From NCBI GenBank assembly GCA_964411375.1, contig CAYPKR010000001.1:238807-302806 (forward strand): a DNA stretch of 64,000 nt, read 5' to 3'. The stretch's first letter is position 1. The number at the start of each line of letters is the position of its first letter. Made by a program: the position numbers and the translations under genes. This document shows, piece after piece, positions 17,899 to 28,531 of the stretch. The notes under the pieces were generated by a model. The model worked only from the letters and a program-made list of their open reading frames with translations. It searched no databases and was not told the origin of the DNA. This DNA is from an uncultured Candidatus Saccharibacteria bacterium (GTDB lineage Bacteria > Patescibacteriota > Minisyncoccia > Phycocordibacterales > UBA12088).

Positions 17899-19401
17899 GT
17901 GGCAAAAAAAGCACCGACAAAAGCAGTACAGAGTGCACCGCGCGAAGCGGTTCTTCGTTTTGAAAAAGTTTCATTTGGATTTGGACACAATCATCCAATC
18001 TTGAATGAGGTAGATTTTTCAGTGCGCTGTGGAATGAAAATGACTTTGATGGGTCAAAACGGTGCGGGAAAGAGTACCATTTTTAAAATGATAACGAATG
18101 AAATTAGCCTCGATGAGGGAAGGATACAGCGACTACCGGGACTCACCATAGCGATTTCAAAACAAGTCATACCGGAAAAACTTCGCAGTGTGACAGTGCG
18201 CGAATTTTTTCAAGCAAGTTTTGCACAAAAAATATATGATATTGATCCAAAGATTGAAGCGGTTTTAGAAATCGTGAATCTCCATGCGCCCCTTGATCGC
18301 ACTATCAAATCTTTTTCTGGTGGTCAGCAAGCGCGACTCCTTCTCGCTTCTGCGCTCATTCAAAATCCGGATATTCTACTTCTCGACGAGCCAACGAATA
18401 ATCTCGACCGTGCCGGTATTGAACACCTTACTGATTTCTTGAAGTCGTATGAAAAAACCTGTCTGGTGATTTCGCATGATGCCGATTTTCTCAATTCATT
18501 TACGGACGGCGTTCTCTATCTCGACGTGTATACTAAAAAAGTCGAGCAGTATGTCGGCAATTATTTTGACTTGCTCGAAGCTATTTCGGCGCGTATTGAG
18601 GCAGAAAATCGCAAAAATGCCCAGCTCGCCAAGAAAATTCAAGATGACAAAGATAAGATGAACTTCTTCGCGCAGAAAGGAGGCAAGATGCGACTTGTTG
18701 CAAAAAAGATGCGCGCCGAAATCGAAGAGCTTGAAGAAGAAAAGGTGGATGTTCGCCGTGAGGACAAAACTATCCGCCCGTTTCATATTCCGTGCCAAGC
18801 GGGACTCTCAGGTGAAATACTCCGCATCACTTCCTTCACGACAATCGATCCAAAAACGCATAAACCAAAAAAACATTCAGCGAATCTGTCACTAAAGAAG
18901 CGGCAACATCTATTACTTAAAGGTCCGAATGGTATTGGGAAGTCAACCCTTCTTGAAGCTCTCGCAAGCGGTAATGCAGAGGGTGCTACGATTACGAATG
19001 GCATTAAGGTCGGCTACTATCGACAAGATTTTTCGACGCTTGATTTCAATCAGACAGTGTATGAATCCTTGATGGGTGCCATGGACCGAGCGATTGAACA
19101 GAAGTTTCGATCTGTTGCTGCAGGATTTCTTTTGACAGCTGAATTTATGGAAAAGAAAATTGGTACGCTCTCAGAAGGGCAGAAAGGTTTGGTCGCATTC
19201 GCACGTTTGGTACTGCAAGAGCCGGGACTTCTCATTCTTGATGAACCAACCAATCACATCAACTTTCGTCATATACCTGAGATTGCAAAGGCACTTGATT
19301 CATATGAAGGAGCAATGATTTTGGTTTCTCACGTTCCTGAATTTGTCGCACAAATTCGGATTGATGACATCCTCGACCTCGGCAAAAAGAGCGGACACTA
19401 G
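17899..19401 (+). CDS. ABC-F family ATPase
   Basis: Two NBDs (GQNGAGKS, GPNGIGKS), LDEPTN twice, no TM. Confidence 0.9.
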   Translation: MAKKAPTKAVQSAPREAVLRFEKVSFGFGHNHPILNEVDFSVRCGMKMTLMGQNGAGKSTIFKMITNEISLDEGRIQRLPGLTIAISKQVIPEKLRSVTVREFFQASFAQKIYDIDPKIEAVLEIVNLHAPLDRTIKSFSGGQQARLLLASALIQNPDILLLDEPTNNLDRAGIEHLTDFLKSYEKTCLVISHDADFLNSFTDGVLYLDVYTKKVEQYVGNYFDLLEAISARIEAENRKNAQLAKKIQDDKDKMNFFAQKGGKMRLVAKKMRAEIEELEEEKVDVRREDKTIRPFHIPCQAGLSGEILRITSFTTIDPKTHKPKKHSANLSLKKRQHLLLKGPNGIGKSTLLEALASGNAEGATITNGIKVGYYRQDFSTLDFNQTVYESLMGAMDRAIEQKFRSVAAGFLLTAEFMEKKIGTLSEGQKGLVAFARLVLQEPGLLILDEPTNHINFRHIPEIAKALDSYEGAMILVSHVPEFVAQIRIDDILDLGKKSGH

Positions 19402-19455
19402 GGTGTACGCTCAGATATTTACTTCATATACCCATCAGATAAATTTTGGTATGCT

Positions 19456-21219
19456 GTGTCTCTAATGTCGAAAAAATCGCAAAAAAGCAATGCTACAAGC
19501 GTTGCCGCAAATCCGCCGGCAAGCTTATTTGGCGTACTTGTTCCGTATCGTGGGCTTATTTTGCTACTCATTGTCTTTACGATTGTAAGCAATGCGCTGG
19601 GTCTCTGGGTTCCAAAAATCATCGCAAGTTCTATCGATTCCTATGGAAGCGCTGGATTTAATCTCACCAATCTCATTATTGAATTCAGTATCGTCGCCAT
19701 TTTCATTTTTCTCTTCACGTATCTTCAAAATATCGTGCAGGTATACGCGTCTGAAAAAGTAGCACGCGATTTGCGCCGAGAGCTTTCGGTCAAGATTTCC
19801 CTCCAGTCACATGCATATGTGGAACAAATTACGCCAGCAAAACTCCTGACCAATCTAACGTCCGATATTGATTCGATTAAAACCTTTGTATCGATGGCGA
19901 TCGCATCGATTATTTCGTCGATTTTTCTCATTATCGGTTCGGCAATCCTGCTCCTTCTCATCAACTGGAAATTAGGGCTCGCCATTTTGACCGTGATCCC
20001 GATAATTGGTGGAACATTTTATTTCGTCCTCGGTCGAGTGAGAGAACTCTTCAAAAAAGCGCAAGAAACAATTGACTGGCTGAATAAGATTATTAACGAA
20101 AGCATTCTCGGTGCTGCGCTCATTCGTCTGCTTAATTCCGAAGCGTTTGAGTATCAAAAATTTGTGAAAGCGAGTTCGCAATCTAAAGATATCGGCATGC
20201 AAATCCTATCTTTGTTTGCATCTCTCATCCCAGTTATTACGTTCTGCACCAATCTTGCTACCTTAATCATTCTCACACTTGGCGGGTCGTTTGTAATCGG
20301 CGGTTCAATGTCGCTTGGAGATTTTACGGCATTCAATAGTTATCTCGCGATTCTCATTTTTCCAGTTCTCATCATTGGTTTCATGAGTAGTGTAATCGCA
20401 CAGGCACAGGCGTCATATGGACGCATCAAAGATGTGCTCGGAGCCCCAGAAGTCGAAAAAGTTGGCGGTGTCGAAAAAACAATCAAAGGGGATATTGTTG
20501 TTTCAGATGTTTCGGTGCAATTCGGTGAAAAATATGCATTGAAAGATGTCTCACTTCGAATCGATGCAGGAAAGCGAACTGCAATCATCGGTCCAACGGC
20601 CGCTGGAAAGACACAACTTCTGTATTTGCTGACCGGACTTCTGAAGCCAACAAAGGGAGAAATCACTTATGACGGAACACTGATTCCGGATTACAACCAA
20701 GAAAATCTCCACAAACAAGTCGCGTTTGTCTTTCAAGATAGCGTCATGTTCAACCTCAGTGTTCGAGAAAATATCGCATTTAGTACATCAGTAACCGATG
20801 CGTCGCTCGAAAAAGCAATCCAAACAGCGGAACTCCATGATTTTATCGGCACTCTTCCTCAGGGACTTGATACGGTTGTGTCTGAGCGGGGATCAACACT
20901 ATCGGGCGGACAAAAACAGCGCATCATGCTTGCACGTGCCCTCGCGCTAAATCCATCAGTACTTTTGCTTGATGATTTCACTGCACGTGTCGATACTGAT
21001 ACGGAGCGAAGGATCCTCAAAAATCTTGCGACTAATTACCCACACCTAACATTGGTGTCGATTACTCAAAAGATTTCTTCGGTAGAACAGTACGATCAGA
21101 TCATTCTCTTGATGGAAGGGGAAGTGCTGGCAAGTGGAACGCACGAGACGCTTCTGAAGACGTCACCCGAATATGTCCAGATTTTTGAATCGCAGAGAAG
21201 TACAAGCGAGTACGAATAA
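19456..21219 (+). CDS. ABC exporter TMD-NBD subunit
   Basis: 6 TM plus GPTAAGKT, LSGGQKQR, degenerate LLDD Walker B. Confidence 0.9.
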   Translation: MSLMSKKSQKSNATSVAANPPASLFGVLVPYRGLILLLIVFTIVSNALGLWVPKIIASSIDSYGSAGFNLTNLIIEFSIVAIFIFLFTYLQNIVQVYASEKVARDLRRELSVKISLQSHAYVEQITPAKLLTNLTSDIDSIKTFVSMAIASIISSIFLIIGSAILLLLINWKLGLAILTVIPIIGGTFYFVLGRVRELFKKAQETIDWLNKIINESILGAALIRLLNSEAFEYQKFVKASSQSKDIGMQILSLFASLIPVITFCTNLATLIILTLGGSFVIGGSMSLGDFTAFNSYLAILIFPVLIIGFMSSVIAQAQASYGRIKDVLGAPEVEKVGGVEKTIKGDIVVSDVSVQFGEKYALKDVSLRIDAGKRTAIIGPTAAGKTQLLYLLTGLLKPTKGEITYDGTLIPDYNQENLHKQVAFVFQDSVMFNLSVRENIAFSTSVTDASLEKAIQTAELHDFIGTLPQGLDTVVSERGSTLSGGQKQRIMLARALALNPSVLLLDDFTARVDTDTERRILKNLATNYPHLTLVSITQKISSVEQYDQIILLMEGEVLASGTHETLLKTSPEYVQIFESQRSTSEYE

Positions 21220-21228
21220 ATCACGCGT

Positions 21229-22995
21229 ATGAACTACAAATTAGCAACAGCAGACGACAAAAAAGAACAGGAAAAAGGCGTACTTGGTACTGCGTGGAGA
21301 CGGCTTATTCCGCTTATGCGAGGAGAAGGTCGTGCTATTTCAATTGCGATTGTTGCCATTTTGATCAATTCGATCGCAACACTGATCGCACCAACACTGA
21401 TCGCGCATGTTATCGACGTCTATATTGCGAATAAAAATTGGGACGGGGTTTCAAAATATTCGCTTATGCTCGCGGGAATATTTATCCTCGGTGCAATCGC
21501 AAATTATATCCAGATACGTTCGATGGGAGGAGTTGGTCGTCGCACGCTCTTTCGTCTCAGAAATTCAATCTTCACCAAGCTTGAAGAACTTCCGGTTGCA
21601 TTCTTCAATCAGAACAAAGCAGGAGATTTGATTTCTCGCATCAACAATGACACTGAAAAACTGAATCAATTTTTTGCACAGGCTTTGATGCAATTCATCG
21701 GATCGGGCGCGCAGATTTTGGGTGCGGGAATATTTTTGGTTATCTTAAATCCCCGACTTGGACTTGCGGCACTCGCTCCCGCACTTCTCGTCCTTATCGC
21801 TACCCAGTTCCTTTCTCCGTGGGTGAAGCGTACGAGTCTCCAGAGCCTTCGTGCGACCGGAGGCATGAGCGGCGAGATTTCAGAAAGTCTCACCAATTTC
21901 AAAGTGATCGTTGCGTTTAATCGACTCGATTATTTTAGAGAAAAATTCAAGGAAGCGAATGATACCAACTACCGCGCATCCATATCGGCGGGTATCGCAA
22001 GTAATATTTTTACACCGCTCTATACATTCGCGTCCGCTTTGGCGCAACTCATTGTACTTGTATACGGCATTTTTCTCATCCAGTCTGGGGACTTCACCAT
22101 CGGTCTCTTAATCGGCTTCCTTCTCTATGTGAATAGTTTCTACAGCCCGCTTCGTCAACTTGCGACAATCTGGTCATCGCTCCAGCTTGCGCTCGCGGGT
22201 CTTGATCGAATTTCTGAAGTGTTGGCTCTTCGCTCGAATATGACCGAAACGCCGCCCTCAACTGAAGTGGGACCAAATACTCTCCTTGCATTCAAAGGAG
22301 TTCGTTTTACGTATTCAGAAGGAAAAGAAGTACTGCATGGGGTCAATTTGGAGTTAGCGCGTGGCAAAACATACGCGCTCGTCGGTCCGACGGGCGGTGG
22401 AAAAACGACTACCGCATCACTCATGGCACGACTCTATGACCCAACCAACGGCACCGTTTTTCTGGACGGCAAAGATATTCGCGCATATTCGAATGACGAT
22501 CGCACACAGAAGATTGGTTTCATTTTGCAAGAGCCATTTCTCTTCAGTGGTACGGTTGGTGAAAATATTTTGTACGGCAACACTAAATACCAAAATGCAT
22601 CAAAAGAAGAAATTGAGGCCTTGCTCAAGAAAAATAATCTTGAAAAGCTCATGACTCGATTTCCTGAAGGAATCGAAACAAAGGTCGCTTCGAGCAATGA
22701 TGCAATTTCTCTCGGACAAAAACAGATCATTGCCTTCATGCGTGCAGTACTCCGTGAGCCAGAACTCCTCATTCTGGACGAAGCAACTGCAAACATCGAC
22801 ACGGTGACTGAACAATTGCTTCAAGAAATTCTTGATCAACTTCCCAAAGAGACTACGAGAGTGGTAATCGCGCATAGACTGAATACGATTGAAAATGCCG
22901 ATGAAATTTTCTTCGTCAATAATGGATCGATTACTCCTGCAGGAGATATGAAACATGCAGTTGAACTCCTGCTTCACGGAAAGCGAACAAGCTGA
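21229..22995 (+). CDS. ABC exporter TMD-NBD subunit (heterodimer partner)
   Basis: 6 TM plus GPTGGGKT, ISLGQKQ, LDEATANID. Confidence 0.9.
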   Translation: MNYKLATADDKKEQEKGVLGTAWRRLIPLMRGEGRAISIAIVAILINSIATLIAPTLIAHVIDVYIANKNWDGVSKYSLMLAGIFILGAIANYIQIRSMGGVGRRTLFRLRNSIFTKLEELPVAFFNQNKAGDLISRINNDTEKLNQFFAQALMQFIGSGAQILGAGIFLVILNPRLGLAALAPALLVLIATQFLSPWVKRTSLQSLRATGGMSGEISESLTNFKVIVAFNRLDYFREKFKEANDTNYRASISAGIASNIFTPLYTFASALAQLIVLVYGIFLIQSGDFTIGLLIGFLLYVNSFYSPLRQLATIWSSLQLALAGLDRISEVLALRSNMTETPPSTEVGPNTLLAFKGVRFTYSEGKEVLHGVNLELARGKTYALVGPTGGGKTTTASLMARLYDPTNGTVFLDGKDIRAYSNDDRTQKIGFILQEPFLFSGTVGENILYGNTKYQNASKEEIEALLKKNNLEKLMTRFPEGIETKVASSNDAISLGQKQIIAFMRAVLREPELLILDEATANIDTVTEQLLQEILDQLPKETTRVVIAHRLNTIENADEIFFVNNGSITPAGDMKHAVELLLHGKRTS

Positions 22996-23045
22996 TAGGG
23001 TAGAGCTTGTTACATTTCTATCAGAACTAATATTTCGACTCTACA

Positions 23046-24254
23046 ATGCAGAAAAAAGTGCTTCCTATTCTTTTTGCCACGCTCCTTCTCGACATGATCG
23101 GGATTGGGATGGTATTTCCCATTATCCCGATCATTTTCACTGACCCTTCTTCGCCGTCGTTCCTTCTCCATGGATATTCACAATCGGCGCAGTTTTTGAT
23201 CGCCGGAATTATTACGGCACTCTTCGGACTCATGCAATTTATTGCCGCACCGATTCTCGGAGAAATGTCCGACGTCTACGGACGAAAAAGACTCCTGACG
23301 ATCGGCGTTGCAGTACTTGCCATTTCGCAACTTCTTTTCGGATTTGGTATTGAGATTGCTTCGATCACGCTTCTTTTCCTTAGCCGTGCTGTTGCGGGAC
23401 TTGCTGGCGCAAATTTCTCGATTGCACAAGCAAGTATTGCGGATGTTACGGAGCCAAAAGATCGTGCAAAAAACTTTGGACTCATCGGCGCCGCGTTCGG
23501 TCTCGGATTTATTCTTGGTCCCGTGCTTGGCGGATGGATTGCAACTGTATCGGGGAATGCCGCAGCGCCATTTTGGTTTGCGGGCGCGCTCGGTATCGTG
23601 AATGTCCTATTCATCTCTTTGTTTCTTCCAGAAACACATCACAATCGAAGTGTCATACAACATTTCCATTTCCTCAAAGGACTCCAGAATATCAAGGCGG
23701 CGTTTGACGATCATGATGCACGCCCGGTGTATCTCGCGAGTTTCCTCTACATGTCTGGGTTCGCGTTCTTCACTTCGTTTATCGGTGTTTTGCTTGTTTC
23801 AAAATATGGACTCTCGGGTGCCGCGGTCGGTACATTCTTCGGTATTGTCGGGGCGTGGGTAGTAGTGACACAGCTCGTAATCTTGCGTCTCGTCACCAAA
23901 AGTTATTCTGAAAAACAAGTACTTCGCGTTTCCTTGCTCGGTGTTGCGTTTGCGATTGCGCTCTATCCATTTATGCCAGCAACTGCATATATCTACGCGC
24001 TCATTCCGCTTCTTGCCATTCCTCAGGGTCTCTCAATGGCAAATATAAATGCGCTGGTGAGCAAAAGTGTGTCGAAAGAAAAACAAGGAGCCGCGCTCGG
24101 TATCAACGGTTCTCTTGTCGCACTCTCTCAAGGAATCATCCCGCTCATTGCTGGAGTCGGATCCGGTGTTATCGGCATTCAAGCGCCATTTATTGCTGGC
24201 GGCGTACTTGTCGCATTTTCGTGGGCAGTTCTCTACATCATTAGCCCGCGCTAA
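23046..24254 (+). CDS. TetA-like MFS transporter
   Basis: LLDMIGIG, G.MSD.YGRK motif A, GFILGP motif C. Confidence 0.9.
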   Translation: MQKKVLPILFATLLLDMIGIGMVFPIIPIIFTDPSSPSFLLHGYSQSAQFLIAGIITALFGLMQFIAAPILGEMSDVYGRKRLLTIGVAVLAISQLLFGFGIEIASITLLFLSRAVAGLAGANFSIAQASIADVTEPKDRAKNFGLIGAAFGLGFILGPVLGGWIATVSGNAAAPFWFAGALGIVNVLFISLFLPETHHNRSVIQHFHFLKGLQNIKAAFDDHDARPVYLASFLYMSGFAFFTSFIGVLLVSKYGLSGAAVGTFFGIVGAWVVVTQLVILRLVTKSYSEKQVLRVSLLGVAFAIALYPFMPATAYIYALIPLLAIPQGLSMANINALVSKSVSKEKQGAALGINGSLVALSQGIIPLIAGVGSGVIGIQAPFIAGGVLVAFSWAVLYIISPR

Positions 24255-24258
24255 GGGT

Positions 24259-24798
24259 TTAGGAGCTTTGCATCTGCTCGGTGGTTTCGTAGCGGGTGAT
24301 CAGCCATTTTCCATTTCTATTTTCGACAACGAACGAAACTGGATACGCTCCTGAAGATCCGCCATTCATTTCTTCGACGCTCGTTTTTTCGATCATGTTG
24401 CCGCGCACAATATACATCGTATCGGTACTTTTTGATGCAGAAAGTATATCAATATGATCTGGCCATGGACTTGAGGTGCGGCGACCGGGTGCGTTTGTTG
24501 GTGTCTTAGTCCACTCGGCAATCAGTTCAGGAGCTACATATTCGCTGTAGTAGGTTTGGATCGCATTCGTGATCGCCGTTGAGCTTGCTGTAAGCGGAAC
24601 CATTTTTACATTGGTACCAAATTTGGTGACGACGTCGCGTACTGCCTGCTCATTCAATATGTCGGGAGTAGTAGTTGCCGTATCCGTCACAGCGTGCTGA
24701 ATCTTTGCTCGCTGGTAATACATAAGCACTCCAACACTTGCGAAGAGTGCAACCAAAACGACAATAATAAGCACCGTCTTGTTTGAATCGTTATTCAT
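24259..24798 (-). CDS. Membrane-anchored hypothetical protein
   Basis: N-terminal TM; APGR.TSSPWPD.I.I motif. Confidence 0.7.
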   Translation of the reverse strand: MNNDSNKTVLIIVVLVALFASVGVLMYYQRAKIQHAVTDTATTTPDILNEQAVRDVVTKFGTNVKMVPLTASSTAITNAIQTYYSEYVAPELIAEWTKTPTNAPGRRTSSPWPDHIDILSASKSTDTMYIVRGNMIEKTSVEEMNGGSSGAYPVSFVVENRNGKWLITRYETTEQMQSS

Positions 24799-24915
24799 AG
24801 TGAATAGACTATACCTATTTCGCATGAAAACAACCTGAAGTCTCGGGGCTTGCCTTACTCTCTGAAGAGAGTAGAGTGGCGCCAGCACAAGTTATGAGTA
24901 ATGAGGAGATCTTTG

Positions 24916-25452
24916 ATGTTCTCGAAAGACGTATGTTTCAGGCTTTTTGTTGTACTCGGCATTGCGCTTGGAATATTTGCCACCTACGAGCGGAAAGTTG
25001 AGGATGACGACAAGATTCGATTTGGAGGAGAGGTTTCAGTTGCACAGGAAGTATCCAAGTTGGCATTTACACCTTGTGATGTCGTGTACCGAGAGAAACT
25101 TCTTCCTGCATTTAACCAAATCGACCCGAGACAATTTGGGTATGCAACCATTCCACATACTTGGAACGAGGGTCTCGCGGAAGTTACCAGAGAAAAAGGC
25201 GCTCCGATTCAAACAGCGGAATATTATCCGCAAGGTTCTGATAAATCAAACGCAGTAGCGGTGGTTGTTCGAAGAGAACGTCCTGATCAAAGTGCTGGGC
25301 GCACTGATGTACACGTGTTCGCCCTTCTTAATCCGCGGCTGTGCGGATATCTAGTTCTTCGTGATACTCGTTTCCGGGAATCTATCACTCCCGCAGTGTA
25401 TTTTGTCTACCAATACTGGTTGTATTCAGACGGTCGAACCGAAAAGATGTAG
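24916..25452 (+). CDS. Orphan hypothetical protein with N-terminal TM
   Basis: GAGGAG SD; GC hairpin terminator at ~25459-25482. Confidence 0.6.
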   Translation: MFSKDVCFRLFVVLGIALGIFATYERKVEDDDKIRFGGEVSVAQEVSKLAFTPCDVVYREKLLPAFNQIDPRQFGYATIPHTWNEGLAEVTREKGAPIQTAEYYPQGSDKSNAVAVVVRRERPDQSAGRTDVHVFALLNPRLCGYLVLRDTRFRESITPAVYFVYQYWLYSDGRTEKM

Positions 25453-25515
25453 CATCAACCCCGGCCGCCTAAGCGGTCGGGGTTCCACTTTTTACAATCA
25501 TGCTATGCTTTTTAT

Positions 25516-25632
25516 ATGCAACGCGCGATTGTCTGGGCAATTATTTTCTTGTTTATCTTGATTGCGGGATGGAATACATTTCCTAAGCTTATTCCGCACG
25601 CTCCAGAAAACGCCTCGACTACTCCACGCTGA
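25516..25632 (+). CDS. 38-aa single-TM microprotein (not in ORF track)
   Basis: MQRAIVWAIIFLFILIAGWNTFPK...; TG-TATGCT 6 nt before ATG. Confidence 0.5.
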   Translation: MQRAIVWAIIFLFILIAGWNTFPKLIPHAPENASTTPR

Positions 25633-25633
25633 T

Positions 25634-26086
25634 TTATGCCGGCATGCACTTCAAACACTTGCAACCCATTGGTGCGATAATTTCATCAAAATATTCGGTA
25701 TCGTAATCGTAGTTAAGTTCTTCGCCTGCGCGGATATTTCGCTTCGCAATGATGAAAATACGTTCCTTCCAAATTTCCACCTCACAGTTTGGAATACAGG
25801 AGTGATTGATGTAGCGTGCACGATTGTAGCGGACGGCTCCGTCGATTGTTTTGTTTTTTGAAATTTCAAAAAAATATTTGCCGTGTCTTTGTTCAAGTCG
25901 CTCTTCAGGAACAATTGGACCGACATATTCAATGATGCAGGTTCCTTTCTTGATTGGGGAAGTGGCAAATAGCCCAAGGCCGGTACGCGATCTCTTGAGT
26001 TTTAAATCAAAAACCGAAGGAATAAATTTATCCTTTCTCGCTGCCTTTGGTTTTGTTCTTGATATAGTATTCTCTAATACATCCAT
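25634..26086 (-). CDS. SET-domain lysine methyltransferase
   Basis: GLGLFA, IIEYVG, RYINHSC.PN, GEELNYDY, post-SET CKC..C. Confidence 0.92.
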   Translation of the reverse strand: MDVLENTISRTKPKAARKDKFIPSVFDLKLKRSRTGLGLFATSPIKKGTCIIEYVGPIVPEERLEQRHGKYFFEISKNKTIDGAVRYNRARYINHSCIPNCEVEIWKERIFIIAKRNIRAGEELNYDYDTEYFDEIIAPMGCKCLKCMPA

Positions 26087-26435
26087 GGAACGAAAATCCT
26101 ATCTTAAAAAGAAAGAAGGCGCAACTTTTAGCGAGAAAGTTTTGAAACTTGCACTTTCTATTCCAGAAGGAAGGGTCGCAACCTATGGGAATATTTCATA
26201 TGCGGCGGGCGGAGGAGCGATGGCCGCACAGAGTATTACCACCATTCTTGGCAAGGCATTCAATGCAGGGGAGAAGCGAATTCCATTTCACCGTATTGTA
26301 TACGCTGATGGAAGAGTCTGGCTGAATTCAAAGTATGATACTGAACGAAAGAAACGATACAAAAAAGAAGGAATTGAAATTGACGCGAAGGGACGGATCA
26401 AAAATTTTGAAAAAGTTCGAATTGAATTCAAATAA
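26085..26435 (+). CDS. Alkyltransferase-like (ATL/MGMT family) protein
   Basis: IPEGRVATYG and IPFHRIV (catalytic Cys of PCHRV replaced). Confidence 0.85.
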   Translation: MERKSYLKKKEGATFSEKVLKLALSIPEGRVATYGNISYAAGGGAMAAQSITTILGKAFNAGEKRIPFHRIVYADGRVWLNSKYDTERKKRYKKEGIEIDAKGRIKNFEKVRIEFK

Positions 26436-26439
26436 AATA

Positions 26440-26925
26440 ATGCAGATTCCCCGAGGGCTCAAAATCGTCAAATCTTCAAAGCAAGGACTTGGGATTTTTA
26501 CTAAGAAATTGTTTCGACCGGACGAAACTATTTTTGAAGTGACCGGTCGATTTATTTCTGGAGATGCAGACGCTGATGTTGACCCCGAAACACAAGCAAA
26601 TGCATTCCGCTTCGATGAGGACGTGTATATCGATCCTGGGGAGAAGATCGGTAAGTATCTCAATCACTCATGCAATCCAAACGCGTATGTAACAAAAGTC
26701 AGGAAGAAATTATTTGTGAAAGCCGCCAGTCCGATTGTCGCCGACAAAGAAGTGGTAATTGATTATTCCACTATTCTTGCGTCTGATGATATTTGGACGC
26801 TTCGGTGTACGTGTGGAAGTAGGAAATGTCGGAAAAGTATCAAACGATTTGATACACTCCCTAAAAAATTACAAGCGTCGTACCGCGAGCGGGGAATAGT
26901 GCCGGAGTATATACTGAAGATATGA
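26440..26925 (+). CDS. SET-domain lysine methyltransferase
   Basis: GLGIFT, YLNHSCNPN, EVVIDY, CTCGSRKCR post-SET. Confidence 0.9.
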   Translation: MQIPRGLKIVKSSKQGLGIFTKKLFRPDETIFEVTGRFISGDADADVDPETQANAFRFDEDVYIDPGEKIGKYLNHSCNPNAYVTKVRKKLFVKAASPIVADKEVVIDYSTILASDDIWTLRCTCGSRKCRKSIKRFDTLPKKLQASYRERGIVPEYILKI

Positions 26926-27305
26926 GAAAATTTCCAGAACCGTTTTCACCAACGAAGCGAATCGAAAGTTTTGCCAACGCTTTTCGCGGGATACGGTTAT
27001 TTTTTACGACCACGCATAGCGCATGGATTCAGGGAGTAATTTTCCTGACCGCAATTTTGGGCGGTTTGTACTTTTCCATTTCGAATATCGAATGGATGTT
27101 CCTTGTTCTTGCCGCAGGATTGGTGTTTGTCTCCGAGGCAATAAATACGGCAATTGAAATCGATATCAATCTTACGTCGCCCGAGTATCATCCGTACGCG
27201 CGTGACACCAAAGACGTGGCGGCAGGTGCGGTGCTTTTAAGTGCAATTGCTGCAGCGATAATCGGCGCATTTATTTTTCTGCCGCACCTCCTTCTGTTCG
27301 TATGA
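26922..27305 (+). CDS. Diacylglycerol/undecaprenol kinase family (DgkA)
   Basis: SF..AF.G, E.INTAIE, KDVAAGAVL. Confidence 0.9.
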   Translation: MRKFPEPFSPTKRIESFANAFRGIRLFFTTTHSAWIQGVIFLTAILGGLYFSISNIEWMFLVLAAGLVFVSEAINTAIEIDINLTSPEYHPYARDTKDVAAGAVLLSAIAAAIIGAFIFLPHLLLFV

Positions 27306-27868
27306 ACATCTTCTCCGTACATCGCACGCCAATTCTTATAATTCTTGGTTTGATTTTCGTTCAGGGTGGAGTACTTTTCTTTTTCGGTCAGCCTTCGATT
27401 TGCAGCTGTGGCTATGTGAAAATATGGGAAGGAGTCGTGCTTTCATCCGGAAATTCGCAACATCTCACCGACTTGTACACGTTCTCGCACATCATTCACG
27501 GCTTTCTCTTCTACATGATCTTGTGGTGGCTATTTCCTCGAATGTCATTTTGGCAGCGCTTGGCACTTGCGGCTCTGATTGAAGGAGCGTGGGAAATTGT
27601 AGAAAATACTCCATGGGTAATTGATCAGTACCGGAAGCAAGCCCTCGCACAAGGCTATGTGGGAGACAGTATTATTAATTCTATTTCTGATACTGTCGCG
27701 ATGTGTCTTGGTTTTATTGCCGCGCAAAAATTTCCAGTCTGGCTTACTGTCACCGTAGCACTGCTATTCGAAATCGGTGTTGGATATTATATCCATGACA
27801 ATCTCACGCTGAATGTTTTAAATCTTATCCATCCGTTTGATTTCATTCGTGACTGGCAGGCAAGGTGA
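27302..27868 (+). CDS. DUF2585 (UPF0314) membrane protein
   Basis: C.CG.VK.W, NSQH..D.YT.SHIIHG, WE..EN, GDS..NS, DNLTLN. Confidence 0.9.
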   Translation: MNIFSVHRTPILIILGLIFVQGGVLFFFGQPSICSCGYVKIWEGVVLSSGNSQHLTDLYTFSHIIHGFLFYMILWWLFPRMSFWQRLALAALIEGAWEIVENTPWVIDQYRKQALAQGYVGDSIINSISDTVAMCLGFIAAQKFPVWLTVTVALLFEIGVGYYIHDNLTLNVLNLIHPFDFIRDWQAR

Positions 27869-27876
27869 TATGTCGA

Positions 27877-28374
27877 TTATGCAGAGCTCCATATGCGGGC
27901 TTTTTTGTTCTCAGAATATTCGTAGTACGTGAGTCCGATAAGTACGAGATCAAACACCGTTAAGAAGAGCATCCAATGCGAATAGTGAATAGAGAGGCGA
28001 TACAGCTGATACGCCGTGAATGTAGTGAGTGCAAGCAGTGCAGCGTGGTATGACCATAGTTGTTTTTTCCACAGTCCAACAGCAAGAAGGAGATTGATAA
28101 GTCCGTGCGAGAGGAGATAGAGGATCGCAAATGTGCGACCAGCGGCGAGATGCTCGATGCCTCCAACCAACATGTTGGTTAAAAAGTCATTTCGGTCTTC
28201 AAAAAATTCACCTTCGGTGAGAAATGCAATCATGTGTTCAAACGCTTGTCCGCTTATAGCAAGCACCAAAAATCCGCCGAGAAGTTCAACGGCACCGTGG
28301 AGTCCCTTAAGAAGGACGCTGATCTGGAAAAACTCGTGGAGTATTTCCTTGCTTTTTCGAAGGATAAATTTCAT
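27877..28374 (-). CDS. DUF2127 membrane protein
   Basis: KG..G..E..GG, YLL.HG, YQ.Y, D......EY. Confidence 0.8.
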   Translation of the reverse strand: MKFILRKSKEILHEFFQISVLLKGLHGAVELLGGFLVLAISGQAFEHMIAFLTEGEFFEDRNDFLTNMLVGGIEHLAAGRTFAILYLLSHGLINLLLAVGLWKKQLWSYHAALLALTTFTAYQLYRLSIHYSHWMLFLTVFDLVLIGLTYYEYSENKKARIWSSA

Positions 28375-28531
28375 GGCCTATTTGTCGGTATTGTAGCCTA
28401 AATACGGTCAAATCCCTGGTATGATGGGATATACATGGACAGACGGGACTCAAGGCATATTGTTGCAATCGGATACACGAGCGTCGGTACGTTGCTCTAT
28501 TCCCCGTATCAAATATTTTTCTGAATTTCCT

